From NCBI GenBank assembly GCA_951406725.2, contig OX597822.1, positions 116,808,001-116,872,000 on the forward strand: a DNA stretch of 64,000 nucleotides, read 5' to 3'. Of this stretch, positions 1 through 13,817 are shown in pieces (positions within the stretch are counted from its first letter, which is position 1; each line of letters begins with the position of its first letter). The stretch comes from Octopus vulgaris (taxonomy: Eukaryota). Made by a program: the position numbers and the translations under genes. Below the pieces are notes generated by a model that saw only the letters and a program-made list of their open reading frames with translations, made no database searches and was not told the DNA's origin.

Positions 1-492
1 GCACAGAGACAGACTGACAGATAGATAGGAATACATACATATACATAGACAAAACAGTTATTGGCCAAATCATTAGTGATCTAAGCACCGTTTGTTTGCA
101 GGGAAGAAGAATTATGGAAGAAACAAAAAAATTTAACCAATTCCAGAACCAAGAACCTTTGTTCACTTTACACTTTAGCTTTACTCTTTGATTTTCACCA
201 TTCTAAGGATTCTAAGGAGCCTTTGGTTGTAGAAGACAATGTACCCAGTTATACCCCTGGGTACTGGGTCCCGACTTGCTTAGTCGCCAGCCAGGCTCTC
301 GACTGACAGACTCATATCGAGAACCCCACCGCGCTTCCATACCCAGGTGGCCCATCCACGGGGGATGAGCTCGGACCTGCAAGTTCGGATTCTTCCTGTG
401 GATTTCAGTGGAATTCTGGTAAGAGATATATTAGACGTGTTTTTGTTGTTATTTTCAATATCATTAGAATTCTTAGTTTCCCTAAAAATTTC

Positions 493-523
<31 letters not shown>

Positions 524-2120
524 TAGCAGTAGTAGTACTAGAAGTAGTTGTGACAATAATAAAAAGGATGATGATGCTAATAATAATAATAATAATTAAA
601 ACTAAGCATAGAGACTAAAATTTATAATATAAAATTGGGACATTGATGGTTTTACAACAGGCAGTAAGCAAAATAGTCCAAAGTGAGGATTGAAACCTGT
701 TCAGAAAATTAGTTTATGAAGAACATACCACAACACAACAGTCTCTGCTATGATGATGACGATGGTAATAATAATAATAATGATGATGATGATGATCCTT
801 TCTACTATAGGCACAAAGCCAGTGATTGTGGGGGAGGGGCTAAGTCAATTACACTGACCTCAGTATTCAACTGGTACTTATTTTATCCACCCTAAAAGCA
901 TGAAACGTAAACTCAGCCTTGCCAGAATTTGAAGATGAACAGAATGTCATTAAGTATTTAGCCTGGTGTGCTCACGATTCTGCCAGCTTGCCACCTTAAT
1001 AATAGTAATAGTAGTAGTAGTAATAATAATAATGATGATAATAATAATAATGATAATAGTAATAATGATGATGATTTCTTACATATAGATACAAATTTCA
1101 AAGCAGGGAGCAGCTGATGATGTTGAACCCCAGTACTTGACTGGTACTTTACCCAATTAACCCTGTTAGGATGAAAGGCAAATGTAATTTATTCAACCCA
1201 GTTTGGTCTTAGCATTGATTGTCGTTAGAAGGGTCATGTGTCCCAATATAGGTAGGATTAATTAGATTATTTTGAGTAAACCGCTAAATGAATAGCATTA
1301 AAAGAAAAATGTCTAGTCAGTAGGGATACACTGTTAGTTACAAAACATTAAGGAAAGATAAATAATAAAGTAATAAATATATTTAAAGGGGCAACTAATT
1401 AAAGCGCAAATTAATAATTTTAGTATAAAGTTTCACAAACACACACACACTCATAGATTTCTGAATCAAAGATAAGGGAGACCAAATGGCTAAAATGGGT
1501 TCTTTATGAGTTAAAGACAGCTGTAGAACAAATAATTATATTTCACAGATATAATGCTTTAGTAATAAAACAACAAATTTTGTTGATTTGTTAGCTCATC
1601 TGAGACAAAGAATATTTAGTTTCAGGTGAGCTATTGAATTAGCGAAAGCAGAGTTTCTTATCCAGCCATCCAAATGCTTTCTCTACCCATTATTCCTAAG
1701 AGGGTCATGAGAGTATACCCAACATCTCATTCTTAGTCAAGCCTGAGGTCTCTTCTTGGTTGGCTCAGCTTCAAAAATTTCTCTTGCAATTCTTCCCTGT
1801 GAACATTCTAATCTCATGTACATAATACTAGAGCTGTGACCGCTCAAGGCAGAAAAGTAGAAGCTTGACCTAAAGAGACTCCTTCATCGCCAAGTTACAC
1901 ATCGTGTTGAGTAACGTAATTCCAGAGAACCGGAAGAACCCCATTTCAATCAGTTGCATTCACAATTGCACGCTATTGGTTATTATCCAACATTTTATGA
2001 GAAGAATGGAAACCGAATTGTAGACAGCAAGTTTGGTTACTTTACCAATCTATCCTCTTTATACACACTCACATATGTATGTATATGTATAAAATAAATA
2101 TATACATATAAATATGCACT

Positions 2121-2159
<39 letters not shown>

Positions 2160-2247
2160 CATATTCACATATACAAATATAGATAAATAGGCATGTATAT
2201 ATACTTATTTGCATGTAAATGTATATATATTATACATATACCGACAT

Positions 2248-2453
2248 ATCATCATCATCGTTTAACAACCGTTTTCCATGCTAGCATGGGTTGGACGGTT
2301 CGACTGGGGTCTGGGAAGCCAGGAGGCTGCACCAGGCTCCAGTCTGATCTGGCAGAGTTTCTACAGCTGGATGCCCTTCCTAACACCAACCACTCCGAGA
2401 GTGTAGTGGGTGCTTTTACGTGCCACTGGCACAGGTGTCAGGCGAGGCTGGCA
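2248..2453 (-). mobile_element. RTE 3'-tail fragment
   Basis: Matches 28448-28650. Similar tails lie at about 20281-20525(+), 21340-21600(+), 41120-41330(+), 42183-42475(-), 48385-48560(+) and 62887-63190(-). Confidence 0.85.
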
Positions 2454-3322
2454 ATATATATATATGTATACAGATAAACACACACATACATATATAAACA
2501 TACACATAGCAATACACAAACACACATATATGATCTAAAACCATATGTGTCTTGGTTTTACAATGGCTATTGTATGGCTGCATGTTGTAAAAGTCAACTA
2601 AAATGTTTGGTAACAGGCAGAGAATCCATCCACAAAACACTACCTCAGAAAAACTTGCCTAACCTATGATAGTAAGGAAGAAATTGAATGTAAAACGATG
2701 GCGATGATCATTTATTATTCGCTTTCATTTTCCACAGATTGTTGACCAAGATCACCTTTGGAAACATGGGTGTTTCGTTCAACATCCTTAAACAATCTTT
2801 ATTCAGGGACCTTTTGAGTAGGGTGGGCTACTTGACCTGAAGAAAATTCTAACTGGGCCCCACCTGCAAGGTCATGCGCTGTTTATCTTGATATGAGATC
2901 ACCATGTCATGCACATATGGTTGTGATGCATGTGCCTGGTGTACCCTTATCAAACGGGTAGTACTGACGGGTATACTGGGCTTTGTATATTTTACCCCAG
3001 TGTCACTTTGATGGCATGCACTGCTCTCTCACTCAATATTAATAATAATAATGATGGACTCTCCTATTGAATATGATTTATGAGTGTTTGGCTTTTGCTG
3101 AATAACCTGCACAAATGGTTTGTTTATAGTAATCAAATGTATATGAGGTATATTAGCGCACTCCCTCCATCAAATCAATGTTGCCTGAACAGGTGTACCA
3201 CGCGTCAGGTATCTAAGTGATTCCAGATGAAGCGCTTTGCTCAAGAACACAATGCATCGTCTGATCAAGGAATTGAAACCTTGAGCTGGCAAATATGAGT
3301 GCAAAAATCTAACCACTAGGCC

Positions 3323-3355
<33 letters not shown>

Positions 3356-3959
3356 TGATGATAATAATAATAATAATTAGCCATGTGTTGAGAGGGATTC
3401 TTTGGGGTTTGAATAATTCACCTTTGGAAACATGGATGTTTCGTTCAACAACCTTAAACAATCCTTATTCAGGGACGTTTTGAGCGGAATAGTTTATTCG
3501 ACCAGAAGAAAAATCTAACTGGGCCCCACCTGCAAGGTCATGTGCAGTTTATCTTGATGTAAGATCACTATGTTGCGCACATGTGGTTATGATGCATGTG
3601 CCTGGTGTACCCATATCAGACAGGTAGTCATGATGGGTATACCGGGCTTTGTATATTTTACCCCAGTGCTCTCTCACTCAATAATAATAATAATAATAAT
3701 GATGATGATGATAATAATAATTAGAATAATAGTTTCAAATTTTGGAACTAGGCCAGCAATTTTACTGGAGTGGGTAAGTCAATTAAATCAACCCCTGTGC
3801 TTAACTGGTACTTATTTTATCAACTTCAAAACAATGAAAGGTGAAGTTGACTTTGTCGGAATTTGAACCCAGAATGTAAAGAGCTGGAAGAAACATTGCC
3901 AAGCATTCTGTCCAACAATGATGATGAACAGGAAGGGCATCTGACCACAGAAAATCTGC

Positions 3960-4235
3960 CTTTCCCATGCAACACTGAACACCTTTTTGATCTTCATGTG
4001 TCTAACACACGTGGACATGCCTACAAAGTCAGAAAACAACACAGCTCCCATGACTTTCGGAAACATTTTTTCACGCTCAGGGTTGCTGAAGCGTGGAATA
4101 AACTGCCTGCGTCAGTTGTTGACTGCCATGACACTGCATCCTTTAAGGCCCTCATGCTTCCCGAAATCCGCCGAAACTACACCTGATTATATATGCACTT
4201 TAGATGAGTTGTAGTGCACCTGAGCACTTTACACA

Positions 4236-4267
<32 letters not shown>
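3960..4267 (+). mobile_element. CR1-group LINE 3' end
   Basis: TRGHAYKV...RKHFFTLRVAEAWNKLP C-terminal motif followed by an (ATT)n tail. Confidence 0.8.
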
Positions 4268-4268
<1 letters not shown>

Positions 4269-5847
4269 TTAAGTATGGAAGAGCATACGTTAAACAATAA
4301 TGGTGATGATACAATTCAACTTTGCCTTCCCTGTTGTAAATCCAGCTGCAGATTTCAAGAAATAAATCCTCTACATTAGCCAAGTTGCACTAATTAGCAG
4401 AAAGCATGCCAAAAAACTAAACTAAAATAACTTGAAATAATTTACAGAGAAATAAACAACCTTGTTTGTTGCTCAGGAGTAAGATTTATGAAGACAGTTT
4501 TTACGGTAAAGAGAAACAAACAACTTTGATATGCGTCTAAAAAAAGCAAGATTACATAATATGCTTAAAAAGATTTACCAATAACACCAGACATTGGCAC
4601 AAAATACCAAGGCTGTTTCCTAGTTCATGTTATTATTTTCGTTAGTACCAGTTAAATACGGGAGTTGATTTAATCAAGTGGTAACCTCCTGTAATTCTTT
4701 GGCATCGTGCCTAACATAAAAACCATCACTACCAGACTATTTCGTGTAGCCAAGGTCTCTAAAAATCTTTGGGGGTTACATTTTCTGTGTCTATAGGTAT
4801 TCTAGTTAGATCAGTAAATAGATAGATACATTTATGCATACATTATAGATATATATACATATATACATACATACACACACACATACAAACGCATACACAC
4901 ATATAGATATACATTTTATACATTTACAGAAATATATGTATATGTGTATACACACACACACATACATGCATGCACACACACATACACACATGATGATTAA
5001 AGACCATATCACTTCACAGGCTTGGGAAAGATAAACGAAGTTGCGTATCTCAAAGTTGAAAGACATCTAATTAATTATCTCACTTCAAAGATATCTAATT
5101 AATTATCTAGCTTGAAAGACATCTAATTATCTCGCTAAAATTATGTGAAACACTAAGAGTAGAAATACTTTTAAAATTGAAAGACTAAAAAACTGCAAGA
5201 TACTCCTAAATGACACTCAGAGTACTAATTAAATAAATCATACTCCTATATAACTGTAAGTGTAATAATTATATAGGATACTCCTATAAGTCTGTCAGAG
5301 TAGCAAATATATAAAGTATACGCTTGTGTGACTGATGAATAGTATATATAGATGTGTGTGTGTATACAGGGTGACACAAAAGTCACGCACCACCCTAATA
5401 ATGAGGAAAAGTGTGATCAAGGAGGAACATCAACAAACATGAAGATGTTATGGCAAAGGATTATTTTACTGGTGTGCGGCTTTCGAACTACCATATACAC
5501 ACACACACACACACACTCATATGTATTTTAGCAAGTCAAATGTTATACCCAGTCATAGAGTGACCACTAATTTTGCACCTATAAGTGCTTATCAGTACAG
5601 GTGATGCAAAACCAAGAATCATTCTATGAGCAGCCATAACTTTGCCATCCTAAAAAATATATATTACTGCTCTAATCCTTTAGAGTTTGTTTCTTTTTGG
5701 GGGTCGATGAACTACTGATGATAAATATATATATAAGTGGACAAATGAAAGAAAGGTCACTTAACACATTTATTGGGAGTTACATGTACAATTCAAAACA
5801 GTTTTATTTGGAATCTGAAATCAAACTGCTCTGAATTATACAATATA

Positions 5848-5894
<47 letters not shown>

Positions 5895-5900
<6 letters not shown>

Positions 5901-6345
5901 ACCCCTGTAGTAAATATATATGAAACCCCAATATGATTGTACGAGTAGTAGAGTAATAAATATATGAGACACTCATATATATTTGACTATAGCAAATATA
6001 TGATACTCTTGTGTGAATGATGAGTACTAAATGTATGACGCTCCTATATGACGGTAAGAGTAGTTAATATATGATACGACTATATGATGAGTAGTAACTA
6101 TTTAAAAGAACAGCCGTGTATGACTGTAAGAGTACTAAATACATGATACTATTATATGACTGATGAGTAGTAAATGTATGACAATCATATATGGCCAATG
6201 AGTAGTAAATATATAAGATAGTCCTATGTGTCTGTAAGAGTAATAAGTACAGAAGACAATCATAAATTGGTTCTATGATACTCATATATATGACTTTAAG
6301 AGTAGCAAGTTCATAAGATATACATAAATGCGACTACAACAGTAG
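5895..6345. repeat. degenerate minisatellite (about 35-bp unit)
   Basis: Recurring gagtagtaaatatatgatactc.tatatgactg; also at about 5200-5345. Confidence 0.65.
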
Positions 6346-7133
6346 CAAAGACGTAAACTTGTTCAGGCGGAGGAAGTTAGAGGGGGGGGGGGAAGAAATT
6401 GGATTAAAATTGTTATGACTAACTGCTTTGTTTATTTAATTGTTTGTAAACAATTAACTTTGACAGATCCTATTGTAATTAGACATTCCACTGAAGTTTC
6501 TGTCACTCTCTCCAGAACCACTTTCATCCACAGGAATGAGGGTACTTCTCAAAATACAGAAGGGCTTTTATGAGTGATTGGAGAACCATGCATCATCGCA
6601 GCAACACGCAGAAGAAATATTCTTCAGATTTGGGAGAAAAAAAAAAGATAAGGCAAAGAATAAAATAAAATAGAAATTAAATGTATTAATAGCTAGAAAT
6701 AGATATTTAACATTTAATAAATATTATTGGCAAATTAAGATTTTTTTTTTTTAAATAACTGATGTAAATAGAATCTTGATTCCCCGCCAAAAAAAAAAAA
6801 AAAAACAACAACAGAAATCAAAACAGCAATACAAACAAACAAAAAGAAGAAGCCGGGAAAGATTTGAGGGAATTGAAAGTTGAAGAAAAGAATTTCAGTT
6901 GAGGTTGGACGATGGAGTTAAGCAGGGTTTGGAGAAGATGATGGACTGGAAGCAAGAGAATGTGGGACGGAGGGAAAAGTATTGAGTGTTGAAGATTAAG
7001 AAAGGGGTAAGAATGAGGGTAAGCTGCTCAGGGAAGGGAAGTAGCTGGGGATGAATATGCAGAGAGGGGGGGATGGGAAAAGAAAACCCAGCAAATTTAA
7101 GAGACAATGTGAACAGAATGAGGGTCAACTTAC

Positions 7134-7197
7134 TGTTATCTCTGCATACTGTGACTATAGCAGAAGAATGGATGGTGTTACGGAGAGCACGCTGCAT
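7134..7197 (-). CDS. ATP13A3: P5B ATPase coding exon (start of actuator domain); gene continues left of the window
   Basis: 64 nt, ctctacag/gtaagt, phase 0-1. MQRALRNTIHSSAIVTVCRDN. No following LVPGD exon was found in 1-7133. Confidence 0.88.
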
Positions 7198-7368
7198 CTG
7201 TAGAGAAAGAAAACAAAAACAAAAATAAATAAATAACAAGAGTTTTACAATAAACAATTACCTCAGCTAATTGATATTCACTTCTTCCTTAATTAATCCA
7301 GAACATTCAAGGAAGGGATAGCTAACCCCCACAACTAGAAACACCTAGCATGTTACTAATGTCTGAAA

Positions 7369-7600
7369 GGCAGTGAGCTGGCAGAGTGGTTAGCACGCTG
7401 GACGAAATGCTTAGCAGTATTTCATCTGCCGTTACGTTCTGAGTTCAAATTCCGCCAAGGTCAACTTTGCCTTTCATCCTTTCGGGGTCGATTAAATAAG
7501 TACCAGTTACGCACTGGGGTCGATATAATCGACTTAATCCGTTTGTCTGTCCTTGTTTGTCCTCTTTATATTTAGCCCCTTGTGGGCAGTAAAGAAATAG
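7369..7600 (+). mobile_element. tRNA-derived SINE with Deu/Nin-like domain (family A)
   Basis: A box tggcagagtgg, B box gagttcaaattc, and a gcctttcatcctttcggggtcgat..agtacc core. Further copies at about 830-998(-), 9856-10055, 10538-10755, 22420-22735(-), 45500-45880(-) and 57110-57272. Confidence 0.8.
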
Positions 7601-7900
7601 GTATTATAGGAGTTCAAATTCCAGTGAAGTCAACCTTGCCTTTCAATCTTTCAGGGTCAATAAAACAAGTACCAGTTGAACAATGTAATCGACCCATCCC
7701 CTCCCCTAATATGGCTCCCTTGTGGCAAAATTTGAAACCATATTACTAATGCCTGGACACCATGTCTGCATACAGGACAAGAGGCTGCCAAAGCAGCTCT
7801 TCTACTTGTTCATGTGAAGGAAGTTAGCTAAGGGAAGCAAACTGTAATAAAATTGTTAGGAATAACTGCTTTGTTTATTCAATTATTGGTAAAAAATTAA

Positions 7901-8008
7901 CCTTTAGCACACTTCATTCCCTCTAGAATTGTTTCTCCTGCCACTGCTCTGTTACTACAGGGGAGAAAACACATATGGTGACAGGATGCACCTACAGTGT
8001 GCTAAAGG
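7901..8008. mobile_element. piggyBac-type MITE
   Basis: Perfect 13-bp TIR CCTTTAGCACACT with TTAA on both sides. An empty site exists at 6454-6457. Confidence 0.85.
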
Positions 8009-8989
8009 TTAATCTTCACAGATCCTATTATAACAGACATTCCACTGATGTTTTTGTCACTCTCTCCAGAACCACTTTCATCCACAGGAATGTGGGAACT
8101 TCTCAAAATACAGAAAGGCATTTATAAGTGAGGGCTTCTTTCAGTTTCTATCAATGAAATCCTCTCACAAAGCTTCAACTGAGAGAGTCAGTGTACAACA
8201 TATGTATATTTTGTTCCTTCTTGAGCCACGCCTGGCTCATAAGGGCCACTTTCCCGGTTTCCTTGGACAGGATGCTGGTCCGTCGCAGGTGAGCTGCAAG
8301 ATGCAGGAGAAAAGAGTGAGAGAAAGTTGTGGCAAAAGAGTCAGCAGAAGTTCGCCATTGCCTTCTGCCAGACCCGCATGGAGCTTAGGTGTTTCGCTCA
8401 TAAATACACACATCGCCCGGTCTGAGATTCGAACCCGCGATCCCTCAAGCACGAGTCCACTACTCTAACCACTAGGCCATGTGCCTCCACAACATATGCA
8501 TACATTGGAACATTTACATAGTCTTACTGAGATTGGGAAGTGGTCTTACTCAGTCGCAAGGTGACATCCACCAAGTGTGAGTGTGGTCTGGAGTGATAAG
8601 GGCTGAATGCAAGAAGCCCAAACTTCAACTGTCTGAAAACTCAGAATATCAAAAGATTTGAATAACCAAAAACTCAGAACACCAAACTCTGAAATATTTT
8701 AAGAGAAAATGTGGAAAAAAAAAGTGATCTTAAAAGTCATTTAATTACAGTTTTAAAAGAGAGTTTATTTGAGAAAAATATTATAAAATATTTACTGAAA
8801 AAAAAAATTAAAACTATTACAGAGATATGAGATCAAGCTAAAATCTAAATAGTTTACTTATCAAATATTTCTTCTTTAACTTCTGTAATTATTGAATGTT
8901 TTCCTTTTTCATTTTCATTAAAAAAAAACAGAGGAAGTGAATAAAAGGTCCGAATTTAAGACTCGTGCACTTGCTTATCTCCCTTTGCA

Positions 8990-9290
8990 TTTCACTTCCA
9001 ATAGCATCAAATTCCATAACATCGGTTCAATTTACTCTTCCAATACTGCAACGCCACCTCAAGCATATGCACGACTATACCACTCCTGGTCTCGATAGTA
9101 TTGCTTATCTACTTCTCAAACTCTCAGATGTAGTGGGCTCTTTCACTACTTTTCAAATGTTGCCTAAACAACTGTGTAACCCCCAAAATGTGGAAAATGA
9201 CTAGCATTATCCTCTGTTTAAAAATAAAGTGAGCTCATATAATCAGCCAATTAACTAAAAACAGCTCATGATTTTATAAAGTTTTTTTCA
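8990..9290 (+). mobile_element. degenerate LINE RT N-terminal fragment
   Basis: TPGLDSI...PQ.WK..SII.LFK-like motifs across frames. Confidence 0.4.
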
Positions 9291-9621
9291 AGCTCAGAAA
9301 GGTCAAAACATGGAACGAACTACTTGCATTGGTTGTCAGCAGTCAAGGACACTACACCCTTCAAAAACTTCTTGCCTCCCAAAATTCACCAACACTGCTC
9401 CTCATATACTTATGCACGCTTTCCTCTTTATGGCTTTCTCTTTTACTCTGTATTTTTCTGTCTCTCTTGATGGTTTATTCTGTGTACTGTGCAGGCCCTT
9501 TAGGTTTTCAGTGCTGTCTTTATTTTCGTAATCTATCGCTGCTTTTTGCTCCCCTCGACTACAAACATCTATTTAATATCTGACAGAATTATAAGAAGGG
9601 AAATAAAAAAGGCAAATTTAC

Positions 9622-9756
9622 TTTTCTTGTTTGGTAAATGGCAGTACTTATGGACACAACAGAGATGATGAGTATACTGGAGGCATAGTAGACGTATTCA
9701 TCTATCATCCACAGGATGATGCTGAATAACTGGAATACATAGAATGGACTGAGGAT
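9622..9756 (-). CDS. ATP13A3: P5B ATPase coding exon (TM1-TM2)
   Basis: 135 nt, ttttag/gtaaat, phase 0-0. [45 protein letters not shown] carries the hallmark P5B PFY.FQ.FS..LW..DEY.YYA. Confidence 0.95.
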
Positions 9757-11255
9757 CTAAAAAGAGAGAAAGGTTATAGTGAGAACATTAAACAACGGCA
9801 GTAAGAATAACAACTTCATTGCTATCATCATTATTATTATTATTATTATTATTAAGGCAATGAGCTGGGGGAATCGTTAACACGCTAGACAAAATGCTTA
9901 GTGGTACTCCGATCTGAGTTCAAATTCTGCCAAGGTCCACATTGCCTTTCATCTTTCCAGGGTCGATAAAACAAGTACCAGTTATACACTGGGGGTCAGT
10001 GTAATCGACTCATCCCCTCCTTCAAAATGGCTGCTCTTGAGGCAAAATTTGAAACCCTTTCTTTTTTCTTTTTTTGCTACACAACAATAGCAGCAAGTTG
10101 GCAGAATCCTTGTGCCTTGGAGTACTTCTTCTAGCTCTTTATGTTGTAAGTTCAAATCACGCTGAGACCAACTTTACCATTCATCTATCCAAAGGTGATA
10201 AACTAGCAGACAAGTACCGGAGTTGTATTAATGTCAAATTAATATTAACATATTTAATTCTGACAGCAATAAAGAACAATCTGGAAATAAATAGTACTAT
10301 ACTAAATTGTAAGAACATTGTGCTAGACAAAAAGATTGAATATATAAACTATAGCCATCAAATTCCTCACAATCTCTCAATTTCAAATTCAAAATTCTAA
10401 TCTGATCACATGTTGTGAGGAGACAGTTAACTTGCCCATATAAACGGTTAATGCCAGAGGAAAACCATACGTGTTTTTTTTTTTAAATGATGATAGTCAA
10501 TGGCTGTTATTAATGTCAGTATTTCTGGCAAGGATAAGGTAGTGACTTGCCAAAACTATTAGCATGCCAGACAAAATGTTTAGCAGCATTTCATCTGTTT
10601 ACACATTCTGAATTCAAATTCCATTGAGGTTGACTTTGCCCTTTTATCCTGTCAGAGTCAATAAAATATGTACCAGTCAAATACTGGGGTCAATGTAATT
10701 GACTAACCCCCACCCAACACTCAAAAACTGCTGGTCCTGTGCCAAAATTCGAAACCCTTATTTCTGGCAAGGATGGAAGGCAACTCTAGACAGGTTTCAG
10801 TTTTATTTCACCTCCTCAGGAAAGCACAGGCTAAATTGTATTTGTCAAAATTGTGATGAATGACTTGCTAAGTAAAATATCTTCAAACTGCAGATCTGGC
10901 TTGAATGATGCTTGCAACAGAATGAAACCTACAATGGGTACCCAGGGGCTAAGGGATAGCATTGGAACTTATCGCTAAGTGTACCACATATGTAGACCAC
11001 AGCACAATTTGAACTCAGCAGGCAAAAAGCTGCAGCAGGTAGTATAATGCATCTTGTCCAATGCTCTACTGATTCATCGACCCCCTAGAAGGATGAAAAG
11101 CAAAGCTGACCATGCCATAATTTGAACTCGGAACACACTGAGCCAAAATAGAAGGCATTTTATCTGATGCTCGAATGACCCAACCAATTTATTGCCCTGT
11201 TGAGTATCAAAAACATAACTGGAGCTTTTATTCGAGGTTATTACATGGAACTTCA

Positions 11256-11483
11256 TTAATCTTTAAGCTTTCGGATTAATCAGTCAGATGTGAGGCTTAT
11301 TTATTCACATTGTTATAAATCAATCATGCATTATCTCATAGCTTCGAGATTTCAATGAGGTGATAGTTTATTTTTAGAATGACATTGTAGGGTAGGTGTG
11401 AGAGGCCAGACCTGGACAGTTTGACCATAAAACAAGTAGACTATCCGAGCTGAACATAGCCAGCTTAAATGCTAATGGGATAA
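11256..11483. mobile_element. degenerate piggyBac-type MITE
   Basis: Eroded ttaa-(cc)ttt(a)agc...gcta(a)tggg-(t)taa ends. Confidence 0.4.
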
Positions 11484-12147
11484 ATCATGTTTAAATCACA
11501 CAAGACATTTTGTATCATAGAACGAGAAGTAGTCTCAGGTGGTTATCAAAAGGGCTGATTTTTTGATAATTTTTCTGACACATTATATGACATACTTGTA
11601 ACTATCGTTAATGATAACAAAAGGAAGGAAGGAAGGAAGAAAGAAAGGGAGGGAAGAAGGAAGGAAGGACGGTTGGTAGATAGACACATAGGAAGACAGA
11701 CAGACAAATAGACAGACTGATAGAAAGATGGATATATTCAAATGCAAGAAATAAGTAGTGCTAGTGTTGTATTATTAAACACATAGTCAAAGTAAGCGTC
11801 TTGGTTGTTTGCTGGTAGGCTGCGAGATGGCACGGCGGAGATGACTCCATGAAAGTGTTTAAAACACCTGAAAGCCACAGACAGACAAGACAACATCACC
11901 CTAAATCCCATTCAGAAGTGATGGCCATCAATATTTCACCAGTCCATGACTATAGCAAATAATGTGAAAAAAACAACATTTGCTGGTATGCCCCAGTGAT
12001 ACATACACAAGAATAAATCCAAATAGGAACTAGAAGCAGTGCTAGGGTTGTAAATATGGTCAAACACACAAACTCAATGTACATGCTTTGCTTGTTTGCC
12101 TGCAAGCTGCAGTTTGGCATTGTGGAGAGAGAGAGAGAGAGAGATAC

Positions 12148-12217
12148 CTCTTTAAATAATAAAACGATGATGGGTGTTACGTGGATAGGAATTGAGTTTT
12201 CACCATACAAATTGCGA
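12148..12217 (-). CDS. ATP13A3: P5B ATPase coding exon (cation ATPase N-terminal motif)
   Basis: 70 nt, ctttcag/gtatct, phase 2-0. RNLYGENSIPIHVTPIIVLLFKE (YG.N.I...V.P...LL.KE). Confidence 0.93.
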
Positions 12218-12270
12218 CTGAAAGAGAGAGAGAAAAAATAGAATAAGTCATATATGCGTAAGTACAAGTA

Positions 12271-12307
<37 letters not shown>

Positions 12308-12314
12308 ATGTATT

Positions 12315-12698
12315 GGGCACCGTTTTTGAATTCCATATGTCTAACAATCGTAGACATGTTTACAGAATAAAAAAAAAACAACACAGCACCGATGACTTTC
12401 GAAAACATTTTTTCTCAGGCTCAGAATTGCTGAAGCATGGAATAAACTACCTGCATCAGTTGTTAGCTGTCAGAACACTGCATCCTTCAAAACCTTCATG
12501 CTTCCTGAAATTTGCTACCAGTATACCTGAGGCTCCGACCCAAACCCCATCTTTATAATTTTTTTTCTTAAACAACTCATTCACTGTCCACATCCTGTCC
12601 ATTATTCTATCTACTGTTCATGCACTTTTTGGCTACTTTTTCTGGTGAGTTGTTGCACATCTGAGCATTGTATACAATGAATTCATTATTATTATTAT
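12315..12698 (+). mobile_element. CR1-group LINE 3' end (same family as 3960-4267)
   Basis: Nucleotide similarity to 3980-4260 and an (ATT)n tail. Confidence 0.75.
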
Positions 12699-12801
12699 CA
12701 TTCTTCACTGATGCTTAAATCCTTTGTCAATCTCTAAATCTTTCATTGAAGGCTATATTTTTTTCTTAAGTATACATCCTTCACAAATGTGTTTATATTT
12801 T

Positions 12802-13817
12802 GTCTGGTAAGTACGCGACAGAGTGTAAGTACCTTGAGAGATAAGTTGGACCTAAGAAGCATCAGTTGTGGTGTGCAAAAGAGACAATTGGTCATGTGGC
12901 GAGAACGGATGAGGATAGCTGTGTGAAAAAGTGCCACACCCTAGTGGTTGAGGGAACCTGTGGAAGAGGTAGACCCAAGGAAACCTGGGATGAGGTGGTG
13001 AAGCATGACCTCCGAACATGAGGCCTCACCGAGGCAATGACTAGTGACCGAGACCTTTGGAAATATGCTGTGCGTGAGAAGACCCGGCAAGACAAGTGAG
13101 ACCATAACCCGTGGCCTTTACCAGGGGTGTAGCCAGCCTACTTATGAGTTCCTTTCCTTTGGACACAAAACTCTGCTTGCGAAGACCTGTTGAGGTAAGT
13201 GAAATCAAAATCGAAATTGAATTTGAAATCGAACCAAATTTGACTGGCACCAACCTTCCTTCTTTGGGCTCTAAACTCTGCTTGCAAACACCTGTTGGGG
13301 CAGGTGAAATCGAGATTGAACCAAATTCGATGCCAGTGGAGCTCTGTGGATCCATCCGAGCGGGATCACTGCCAGAGCAGATGTTTGGCACATAAAAAGC
13401 ACCATTTGAGTGTGATCGTTACCTGCGTCGCCCTACTGGCACATGGACAAAACATTCGAGCGAGGTCATTGCTAGTGCCACTGGACTGACTCCTGTGCAG
13501 GTGGCACTTAAAAACCACCATTTGAGCATGGCCGTGGCCAGTACCGCCAGACTGGTCCTCATGCTGGTGGCACATAAAAGCACCCACTACATTCTTGGAG
13601 TGGTTGGCGTTAGGAAGGGCATCCAGCTGTAGAAATTCTGCCAGATCAGATTGGATCCTGGTGCAGCCATCTGGTTCACCAGTCCTCAGTCAAATCGTCC
13701 AACCCATGCTAGCATGGAAAGCAGACGTTAAACAATGATGGTTCACCAGTCCTCAGTCAAATCGTCCAACCCATGCTAGCATGGAAAGCAGACGTTAAAC
13801 AATGATGATGATGATGA
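12802..13817 (+). mobile_element. 5'-truncated RTE copy with a 31-bp target-site duplication
   Basis: RT C-terminus, 3'UTR and (GAT)n, flanked by tatacatccttcacaaatgtgtttatatttt at 12771-12801 and 13818-13848. Confidence 0.88.

Noticed and set aside
12048-12080. Possible complementary sequence to exon 12148-12217
   Set aside because: Only two short gapped matches, compatible with chance.
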